Shown here in pieces: positions 17,015-23,872 of a stretch of 64,000 nucleotides of DNA. Position 1 is the first letter of the stretch; each line of letters opens with the position of its first letter. Made by a program: the position numbers and the translations under genes. The notes under the pieces were generated by a model, which saw nothing but the letters and a program-made list of their open reading frames with translations, was not told the DNA's origin and made no database searches. Where the stretch lies: the NCBI GenBank assembly GCA_934277615.1, contig CAKQUV010000002.1:98855-162854 (forward strand), in the 5' to 3' direction. Source of the DNA: an uncultured Clostridia bacterium. GTDB taxonomy: Bacteria > Bacillota > Clostridia > Christensenellales > CAG-917.

Positions 17015-17125
17015 ATTGCGCCTAACTGCGTCAAGTCAGTCCGCCCGTCAACTCATTTACGATTAGTAAATTAGGGTTGCCGTTCGGACAGCCTTTCCTT
17101 GTTATGCATCGATTTATTGTGTTTT
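17003..17125 (+). repeat. ~125-bp imperfect palindrome with attC-like geometry, copy 2
   Basis: AAAACGCACTAAATTGC-GCCTAAC(17020-17026)...CATTTACGATTAGTAAATTAGGGTTGCCGTTCGGACAGCC...GTTATGC(17101-17107)-ATCGATTTATTGTGTTTT. Same strand and same 88-nt AAC-to-GTT box span as copy 1. Confidence 0.8.
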
Positions 17126-17186
17126 GCGTAAACTAAATTCAAATTCTACACAAAACAAAAAAACGATTACAATAAATTCAAATAAA

Positions 17187-17216
17187 ATAAAAGCCCGACG
17201 TCGTCGGGCTTTTTTA
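17187..17216. terminator. bidirectional intrinsic terminator
   Basis: AAAA-AGCCCGACG/CGTCGGGCT-TTTTT. Confidence 0.8.
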
Positions 17217-17234
17217 TATGGTAATTTCAATCTA

Positions 17235-18362
17235 TTAAATACTAAAAATACTTATCGTTCCTACCGTGTTGAGAATAAGCAACGTTACGTAGGTTACGTA
17301 TCCGCAAAGAAGGAGTATTCCTTGCCAACGTTTGAACTTGCCCATAATCAAAGCGGGGATAAGCGCAAAGCCTGCAACCGCGATGCAGAAGGGGAAGTCA
17401 ATCGTAAGCGATTGTGCGTCGACGGGGAGAGGTTGTCCCGTTTTGCCGAGCGTGATAAACGTACAAAGGGGGAGTATCAATGAAAGGTCGATGATGTTTG
17501 CGCCGATGATGTTGCCCACGGACAAATCCGCTTTTTTCTTGACGATTGAGGTGATAGCGGTGACGAGTTCGGGCAAAGACGTGCCGACTGCAAGGATTGT
17601 AACGCCGATGATGCCTTCGGGCACTTTCAATTTTCTTGCGAGCGCCGCGCCGTTGTCGCACATAAGTTGCGCGCCCACGAAAATGGTTGCCGCACCGAGG
17701 ATAAAGACGAAGATATTCTTTGCGATATCCTTTCTTTCAATCACCATACCCGTCTTTTTGAGGGTGATTTTTCTTGCTTCTTTCTTCTCAAAATAATCAA
17801 ACAAAATGCCGTTGCCTTTGGGGCTGTTTTCCTCGATTGATTCTATGCCCTTGTCGTTGAGAAGCAAATCGGAGTGTTTTTTTGCGCTGATGATGTTTTC
17901 GATGAGGAAAATGACGAACATCGCAAGGATAATGATTGCGTTCCACCAGTTGAAAGAGCCGTTGGAGCTCAAGCCCCACAAAAGTGCGATGGTTGCAAGC
18001 AAAATGCAGACTTTTGCAACGTAATCTTTGCGTTTGAGGGTAGGTGCGATAAACACGAGCGAGAAAGCCATAATAAGCGCGATATTGCAATTGACGGAAC
18101 CCACAGCGTTTCCGATTGCCATGGATGCCTGACCTTGCGCCGCCGATATGCTCGACACCAAAATCTCGGGAATAGTCGTTGCAACGCTGACTATCGTCGC
18201 GCCGATAATAAACGTCGGAATACCCGACACTTCCGCAATCCAGCTTGCCGCGTCGACGAACCAATCTCCGCCTTTGACGACAAACAAAATGCCGAGCGCG
18301 AGAAGGATGATATACGTAGCCATGCCGTTGCCTTCCATCATACCCAAAAGCGAACTTGTCAT
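17235..18362 (-). CDS. Ca2+/Na+ (CaCA family, YrbG-like) antiporter
   Basis: Two alpha-repeats (GATIVSVATTIPE...GNAVGS and AVGTSLPELVTAI...GNIIGANI). AAGGAGAG SD before ATG 18362, so the track start 18404 is rejected. Confidence 0.85.
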   Translation of the reverse strand: MTSSLLGMMEGNGMATYIILLALGILFVVKGGDWFVDAASWIAEVSGIPTFIIGATIVSVATTIPEILVSSISAAQGQASMAIGNAVGSVNCNIALIMAFSLVFIAPTLKRKDYVAKVCILLATIALLWGLSSNGSFNWWNAIIILAMFVIFLIENIISAKKHSDLLLNDKGIESIEENSPKGNGILFDYFEKKEARKITLKKTGMVIERKDIAKNIFVFILGAATIFVGAQLMCDNGAALARKLKVPEGIIGVTILAVGTSLPELVTAITSIVKKKADLSVGNIIGANIIDLSLILPLCTFITLGKTGQPLPVDAQSLTIDFPFCIAVAGFALIPALIMGKFKRWQGILLLCGYVTYVTLLILNTVGTISIFSI

Positions 18363-18426
18363 ACATTCTCTCCTTGTGCGTTGCGCACCGCTTAAAACTA
18401 ACACTTTTTCTGCACAAAGTCAATAC

Positions 18427-18456
18427 AAAAAGAAAAACCGCTTATAAATAAGCGGT
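18427..18456 (-). terminator. intrinsic terminator of mscL
   Basis: Minus strand: CCGCTTA ttta TAAGCGG followed by a T-run. Confidence 0.7.
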
Positions 18457-18483
18457 AAATCTTTTTCCGTAAATCCGATAGGA

Positions 18484-19116
18484 TTATTCCTTGTCTGCTT
18501 TTTCCTCGAGAAGAGCGGTTGCTTTTTCGACTTGTTGCGCTTTGAGAAGGTCGCGGATTTCGCGGAGCAAATCGTCGGTCGATTCGGGTTTTGCAGCCTC
18601 TGCCGCCGCTGCTGCTTCTGCGTCTGCCTTTGCTTGCGCTTCGTCGCGAGCCGCTTTGATTGCTTTGAGTTCTTTTCTGGTGGGAACTTTGCCTTTGATG
18701 GTCGCTTTTTCTTCGTCGGTGAGCGATTCGAGGAACTTGGTATCTCTCTTAAGTCCTGTAAATCCGCCTTTAACCGAGTTGATAAGTTTGATGATTGCAA
18801 ACAAAACAAGGGCGGTAAGCAAGAACGTGATAATTGCGCTAATAACTGCGCCAAAGTCCATAATGACGGCTTCTTTTATGACCGTGCCTGCCTCGTCTAC
18901 GACAGGATTTCTCAATACGACTTGCAAGCTTTTGCCGTCGCCAAGAGGAATCATATTGATGAGCGGTTGGAGAATACCTTTGACAAGTGCGGTTACTATT
19001 GCGGTAAACGCACTGCCGATAATCATACCAACGGCGAGATCGAGAACACTGCCTCTGTTGATGAACGCTTTAAACTCTTTCCAAAGTTTGAATTCGGGTT
19101 TCTTCATTTTCTTCAT
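18484..19116 (-). CDS. mscL: large-conductance mechanosensitive channel with ~75-aa charged C-terminal extension
   Basis: FKAFINRGSVLDLAVGMIIGSAFTAIV signature with two TM segments. AGGAGA SD. Confidence 0.9.
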   Translation of the reverse strand: MKKMKKPEFKLWKEFKAFINRGSVLDLAVGMIIGSAFTAIVTALVKGILQPLINMIPLGDGKSLQVVLRNPVVDEAGTVIKEAVIMDFGAVISAIITFLLTALVLFAIIKLINSVKGGFTGLKRDTKFLESLTDEEKATIKGKVPTRKELKAIKAARDEAQAKADAEAAAAAEAAKPESTDDLLREIRDLLKAQQVEKATALLEEKADKE

Positions 19117-19228
19117 TGCTGTTTTCTCCTACGTTGATGTCAAAATAATAATACTTATCGTATTTTAAGTCAAGAAAATCGTCCGAATTAAGCGCAATCG
19201 CAAAATTTTCTCTTATTTTTCAAAGTGG

Positions 19229-19257
19229 TTGACAGCGGTAAGGCGCAAGTGTACAAT
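19229..19257 (+). promoter_or_regulatory. promoter of the thiT leader
   Basis: TTGACA (19229-19234), 17-nt spacer, TACAAT (19252-19257). Confidence 0.6.
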
Positions 19258-19260
19258 AAT

Positions 19261-19336
19261 GTTTGCTAGGGGTGCCGAAAGGCTGAGATGATACCCTCAA
19301 ACTTGTGAGATAATCCTCGCGTAAGGAAAGCAAACT
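19261..19336 (+). promoter_or_regulatory. TPP (THI-box) riboswitch
   Basis: GUUUGC-UAGGGGUGCCGAAAGGCUGAGAUGAUACCCUCAAACUUGUGAGAUAAUCCUCGCGUAAGGAAA-GCAAAC. Contains the CUGAGA, ACCC and AUAAU...GCGUAAGGAA hallmarks, closed by a GUUUGC/GCAAAC P1. Confidence 0.85.
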
Positions 19337-19393
19337 ATAGTAATATTGTTTTTCACTCAAGTTCCCCCAAGCAAGTTTTGGAGGACTTTTTTT

Positions 19394-20572
19394 ATGGATA
19401 TCGAGACTTTGAGCGACAAACTGCAATACGTCGCGCTCTATCTTGCCGTGGCAATCGTGGCGGCGTTTATTGTGGTCGGGCTTCTCGTTTGGTTCAAGAA
19501 ACGCGACAAATTCGCCGATTTCAAAAAATACGCCGTCGGCATCGTAACGGGCTTTGCCGTAACAATGGTGGTCGTGTTTGCTTACGTCAAGTTTCAATGC
19601 AATCTGGGCGATATGCAAGCCAAACTCTTTTACCCCATTCTCGCAACGCTCATAACTGTGGTCGCAGGCGCAATCGCAATGCTCGTAAGCTCGCTTTTCA
19701 GCAACAAAGCGACAAAGATTTCCTTTATCGTAACGGCATTAGCGGTGCTTGGATGTTTTATCGCCACAATGGTGCTTATGGCGCAATACTACGGCGATAT
19801 TGCGGAGGATTATCCGTCCGCAAACCTCGTTGGCATGATTGTATCCGCAGTCGTGTTTATGGTGATAATGGTCGTTATGTGGTTTGTAGGGGACAAGCGC
19901 AAGATGAGCGACACTCGCTCTATCGTTTATGGCGCAATCTCAATCGCACTTTCCTTCGCGCTCTCGTACGCACGCATTTTCAAACTTCCTCAAGGCGGCT
20001 CCGTAACGTTCGCAAGCCTCCTTCCGCTCATGGTGTATTGCTGCATGTTCGGCACGAGAAGAGGTCTTATCGTATGCACGATATACGGCGTTTTACAAGC
20101 GCTACAAGACCCGTACATAATTCACCCGATGCAATTCTTGCTCGATTATCCTCTTGCATTCGGTCTTATCGGCGTAAGCGGCATATTTATGGAGAAGGGC
20201 GTATTCAAGGATAAAAAAGTCGTTGCATTCCTGCTCGGCGGCGTTATCGCAGTCGTATTGAGATACGCATGCCACGTATGCTCCGGCGTCTTTGCGTTTG
20301 CCGACTATGCCGACCTCGATAAGTACAACACCGCAATCGCATACAGCATGGCGTACAACTCCTTCGCTTTTGTGGATATGCTCATCGCTCTCGTCGCAGG
20401 CAGCGTCTTGTTTGCTTCCAAATCCTTTACGGCGCTTATGCAAAAGTCAAGCGACTTGAACAAGGCGGCGGAAGTCGCACCCTTGCAAGAGGTTGAGGAT
20501 GACGAACCCGTTGACGAAATCGACCGTCAAATCATCGAAAGCCAAAAAGCAGACGATGAAAGTCAAAATTAA
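19394..20572 (+). CDS. thiT: ECF-type thiamine transporter S-component ThiT fused to an extra N-terminal multi-TM region
   Basis: The C-terminal ~200 aa match the ThiT/YuaJ pattern (ISIALSFALSYARIFKLPQGGSVTFASLLPLM...). About 190 extra N-terminal residues carry ~5 TM helices. Acidic C-tail. GGAGGA SD. TPP riboswitch lies upstream. Confidence 0.8.
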   Translation: MDIETLSDKLQYVALYLAVAIVAAFIVVGLLVWFKKRDKFADFKKYAVGIVTGFAVTMVVVFAYVKFQCNLGDMQAKLFYPILATLITVVAGAIAMLVSSLFSNKATKISFIVTALAVLGCFIATMVLMAQYYGDIAEDYPSANLVGMIVSAVVFMVIMVVMWFVGDKRKMSDTRSIVYGAISIALSFALSYARIFKLPQGGSVTFASLLPLMVYCCMFGTRRGLIVCTIYGVLQALQDPYIIHPMQFLLDYPLAFGLIGVSGIFMEKGVFKDKKVVAFLLGGVIAVVLRYACHVCSGVFAFADYADLDKYNTAIAYSMAYNSFAFVDMLIALVAGSVLFASKSFTALMQKSSDLNKAAEVAPLQEVEDDEPVDEIDRQIIESQKADDESQN

Positions 20573-20598
20573 TAGTTAATAATTATTAATTAATAATT

Positions 20599-20707
20599 GT
20601 GGAATATTCCACAACTTGCGCCTATGGCGCAAATATCACTTTTTGCGTAAGCAAAAAATATCACTTGTGCGTAGCACAAATATCACTGCACGAAGTGCAA
20701 TATCACT
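20599..20707 (+). repeat. hairpin/ATATCAC array B (4 units plus GGAATATTCC palindrome)
   Basis: GTGGAATATTCCAC, then TTGCGCCtatGGCGCAA-ATATCAC(20633), TTTTGCgtaaGCAAAA-ATATCAC(20658), TGTGCgtaGCACA-ATATCAC(20680), GCACgaaGTGC-ATATCAC(20700). Lies between the thiT stop (plus an AT-rich leader) and the terminator. Confidence 0.85.
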
Positions 20708-20730
20708 GTTCCATTTTAAATAAACAAATC

Positions 20731-20758
20731 AAAAAGCACGGGCGAGCCGTGCTTTTTT
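20731..20758. terminator. bidirectional intrinsic terminator
   Basis: AAAAA-GCACGG gcgag CCGTGC-TTTTTT. Confidence 0.8.
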
Positions 20759-20870
20759 GTTAGAAAGGTTTGAAAACGATGAATTGTTTTACGCTATATA
20801 TACAATCGCCGCTTTGTCTTTATTGGGATTTTCCAAAAAAATTCGATTTTTCCAAAACTTTTTCAAAAAA

Positions 20871-21473
20871 TCAGAATTTGATGTATCGGAATACAAAAAC
20901 GCCGCCCAATTTGACGTTGATATGTATCTTTCCGCCAAGCGATACGTTGCTCAGCCCTCTCGAATCGCAAGAAGTCAATATCAGCTCGTCAAGTGGGTAT
21001 TCGAGATTTCTAGAGTCCGTTACAAGCGCTTTTTCGCCGTAGGGCAGTATGGATATAGTTTCGCCCTTTTGAGTGGACATATCAAATTCGCCCTCGACGT
21101 AATATATATCGAGCCCGTCCTCTTCGGCTTTGACTTTCATCCCGAGATTGTGAGCAAGGCGCATAATGGCAAGGTTGCAAAGCACGTGGTCTTGTCGTCC
21201 GCCGGTAACGCCGTACAGCACGATTTCGTCCGCGCCGAGGTTTTCTTTGGCGTAATACACGGCAAGTTCTCCGTCGCTTGCGTCCTTGTGCGTGTCGTGT
21301 TTAACAATGGGAATATCGACGTCGGAAGGCATTTCGAGAGAGTCGAAGTCGCCCAAAATAACGTCGGCGTCAACGGGGCATACGCTGTATCCTCCGTCGC
21401 AACAAAGCACTTTGTCGGCTTTGATTTTTCGTTTGATTTGATGTCCGCAGTTAAGTACAATTGCAACTTTCAT
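20871..21473 (-). CDS. thiN: thiamine pyrophosphokinase
   Basis: CCDGGY, ILGDFDS, THKDASDGELA and GVTGGRQDH motifs. ATG 21473 lies 7 nt after TGcTATAAT, so the mRNA may be leaderless. Alternative ATG at 21500. Confidence 0.85.
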   Translation of the reverse strand: MKVAIVLNCGHQIKRKIKADKVLCCDGGYSVCPVDADVILGDFDSLEMPSDVDIPIVKHDTHKDASDGELAVYYAKENLGADEIVLYGVTGGRQDHVLCNLAIMRLAHNLGMKVKAEEDGLDIYYVEGEFDMSTQKGETISILPYGEKALVTDSRNLEYPLDELILTSCDSRGLSNVSLGGKIHINVKLGGVFVFRYIKF

Positions 21474-21571
21474 AAGCACATTATAGCACAAATTCCGCAT
21501 TTCGTATTGAAAAGTTATATTTTTATGTTTATAATATATTATTATCTCAATTTATATGCGAGGACAAGGCT

Positions 21572-22495
21572 ATGAAAGAGTTTAAACTCAAAAGTTTTGA
21601 CAACACCGAGATTTATTGCAGACTTTGGGATGAAGTTGACAATCCCAAGGGCGTTATCCAGCTCGTACACGGCATGAGCGAGTACGCAGGCAGATATGAC
21701 GAATTTGCCAGATACCTCAATTCGAGAGGATATATCGTGTTCGGCGACGACCACCGCGCGCACGGACTCACCGAAACGGACGAAAACAGAGGCAAACACC
21801 CCGGCAATATCTTCAAAAAAACGTTGCAAGACGAGTTGTTTTTCCGCGAGTGGCTCAAGAGCAAGTACGATTTGCCAATCTTCCTTATGGGACACAGCTA
21901 CGGCAGTTTCCTCTCGCAAGCGTTTGCAGAGCAAGGCACGGACGTCAAGGCAATCGCGCTCGTAGGCTCGGGACATATGAGAGCCTTGTTTACGTTTGGC
22001 AAAATCGCCGTTGCGCCCGTATTCCTCGTGGCACGCAATTGGCGCCCTCGCATAGTCAATTGGGTGAGCGACAATATGCAACACTACAAGGGCGACAGCG
22101 GGAAATTGCAATGGGCAAACAGCGTAAAAGAAAGACGTGAACAAGTCATGGCAGACAGACTCGCTCATCAAAATATGAGCGTCGGCTTTGACTACTATAT
22201 GATGAAAGAAACGTCCAAATTGTACGGCAAAAAAGCGCGTGCCAAACTCAATCCAGCAACCGTCATCGGTCTTTTCTCAGGCGATGCCGACCCCGTGGGC
22301 AATATGGGCAAGGGCGTCAAGAAACTCGACAAATTTTATAGAGCCAACGGCATCACTACGGAACTTCACCTCTACAAAGGCGCAAGACACGAAGTGTTTT
22401 ACGATTGGTGCGGTGCACAAATGCAAAAAGACGTTGCCGATTTCTTTGATAAATTCATCATCTATCAACAAACCAGCATAGACGATTTGGTATAA
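21572..22495 (+). CDS. alpha/beta hydrolase (lysophospholipase / monoacylglycerol lipase-like)
   Basis: HGMSEYAGRY and the nucleophile elbow GHSYGS. Confidence 0.8.
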   Translation: MKEFKLKSFDNTEIYCRLWDEVDNPKGVIQLVHGMSEYAGRYDEFARYLNSRGYIVFGDDHRAHGLTETDENRGKHPGNIFKKTLQDELFFREWLKSKYDLPIFLMGHSYGSFLSQAFAEQGTDVKAIALVGSGHMRALFTFGKIAVAPVFLVARNWRPRIVNWVSDNMQHYKGDSGKLQWANSVKERREQVMADRLAHQNMSVGFDYYMMKETSKLYGKKARAKLNPATVIGLFSGDADPVGNMGKGVKKLDKFYRANGITTELHLYKGARHEVFYDWCGAQMQKDVADFFDKFIIYQQTSIDDLV

Positions 22496-22508
22496 AAATT
22501 GGTGTGAT

Positions 22509-23444
22509 ATGGAAGTCAGGATACCTTCGGGTTTCAAAATAGGTCATTACGACGACGAATACACGGGCGTAACCGTCGTTCTTTCAGAGAGCGGCGCAAC
22601 GGGCGGCGTTGACTGTCGCGGCGGCGCCCCCGGCACGAGAGAAACCGACCTTTTGCACAATGAAAAAATGATGCAAAAAGTCAACGCAATCGTGCTTTCG
22701 GGAGGCTCGGCATACGGGCTTGCCTCCACGTGCGGAGTTATGGAATACTTGCGTCAAAAGGGCGTTGGATACAAGAGCCTCGGCAAAATCGTGCCTATCG
22801 TTTGCGGTGCGGTTTTATACGACCTCAATCAAAAGGAATATCACTATCCAACCGCAGAATACGGACTTAAAGCCTGCGAAAATGCTTCAAAAACCACCGT
22901 TTTTGGCAATATCGGCGCAGGTAAGGGCGCAACCGTCGGCAAAATCCGCGGCATCAAAAACGCATGCAAGAGCGGTATCGGCGCGGCAACGGAAAAGGTG
23001 CTGGGCGTTACCGTAACGGCAATCGTCGCAGTCAACGCAATGGGCGATATCGTCGATGATGAGGGAAAAATCATCGCAGGCGCAAAAGGCAAAAACGGAG
23101 AGTTTATCGACACCGAAAAATGCCTTGCCGAGGGCGACGTGCTCAAACTTGCGTTTGGCACCAACACCACGATAGGATGTATTCTCACCGACGCAAAACT
23201 AGACAAGGTGGACGTCAATAGGCTTGCAAGCATTTCCCACAACGGACTTGCAAGAGCAATCCGTCCCGTGCATACCATGTACGACGGCGATACAATGTTC
23301 TGCCTTGCAAGCGGCAAACGTCCTGTGGCAAATCTTGCAGTGCTTCAATCGGCAGTCGTCCGCGCCACACAGCGCGCCATTCAAAACGCCGTTGCCGCAA
23401 CAACAAATTATGATGTGATATACGATGATGACGAAGAGGAGTAA
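22509..23444 (+). CDS. P1 (S58, DmpA/BapA-like) family aminopeptidase
   Basis: GVTVVL...GGVDCRGGAPGTRETDLL, SGGSAYGL and the self-processing GTNTTIG motif. Confidence 0.8.
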   Translation: MEVRIPSGFKIGHYDDEYTGVTVVLSESGATGGVDCRGGAPGTRETDLLHNEKMMQKVNAIVLSGGSAYGLASTCGVMEYLRQKGVGYKSLGKIVPIVCGAVLYDLNQKEYHYPTAEYGLKACENASKTTVFGNIGAGKGATVGKIRGIKNACKSGIGAATEKVLGVTVTAIVAVNAMGDIVDDEGKIIAGAKGKNGEFIDTEKCLAEGDVLKLAFGTNTTIGCILTDAKLDKVDVNRLASISHNGLARAIRPVHTMYDGDTMFCLASGKRPVANLAVLQSAVVRATQRAIQNAVAATTNYDVIYDDDEEE

Positions 23445-23740
23445 AAATTAATAATTGATGGTGGAACACCCACATCCGAACGAAAATAAATATGGAATAT
23501 TCCATATGTCATTCCGCCAATGTCGAGTGAGAAAACTTGCTTGCAAGGGTTTCCGAACGACGATATTTTTGAAGTGATTGAAATTGCATTTATGCAAAAA
23601 AAGCCATAGGCTTGCGCTATTAGCGCACAATCACTGTGGGAACGAAGTGACCGTGGGAATCTAGCGTAGCGAAATGCGCCTGCGGCTAGATTGCCACGCT
23701 TGCGCTCGCAATGACGAAAGGGTGGGATACCCACACCCGA
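23445..23740 (+). repeat. mosaic hairpin modules (AT-rich leader, GTGG..CCAC hairpins, GGAATATTCC palindrome)
   Basis: AAATTAATAATT directly after the stop, then GGTGGAACACCCAC, ATATGGAATATTCCATAT (23490-23507), AAGCCataGGCTT, GCGCtattaGCGC and GGGTGGGATACCCACACCC. The same module types occur at 5548, 13821, 20569 and 56936. Confidence 0.55.
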
Positions 23741-23863
23741 ATGGAATAATCCACAACTGCGGCAACGCCGCAATATCACTTTTTGCGAAAGCAAAAAATA
23801 TCACTTGCGCAAAGCGCAAATATCACTGCGCCCACGGCGCAATATCACTCGCACGAAGTGCGA
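23741..23863 (+). repeat. hairpin/ATATCAC array C (5 hairpins, 4 linkers)
   Basis: ATGGAATAATCCAC, then TGCGGCaacGCCGCA-ATATCAC(23773), TTTTGCgaaaGCAAAA-ATATCAC(23798), TTGCGCaaaGCGCAA-ATATCAC(23820), TGCGCCcacGGCGCA-ATATCAC(23842), TCGCACgaaGTGCGA. Ends 9 nt before the ATG of the radical SAM gene. Confidence 0.85.
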
Positions 23864-23872
23864 ACATACATC

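Noticed and set aside
20599-20707. The possibility that the ATATCAC arrays are small CRISPR arrays.
   Set aside because: The constant unit is only 7-9 nt, and the variable units are 11-18-nt self-complementary hairpins conserved in order between loci. There are only four units, and no cas genes or leader.
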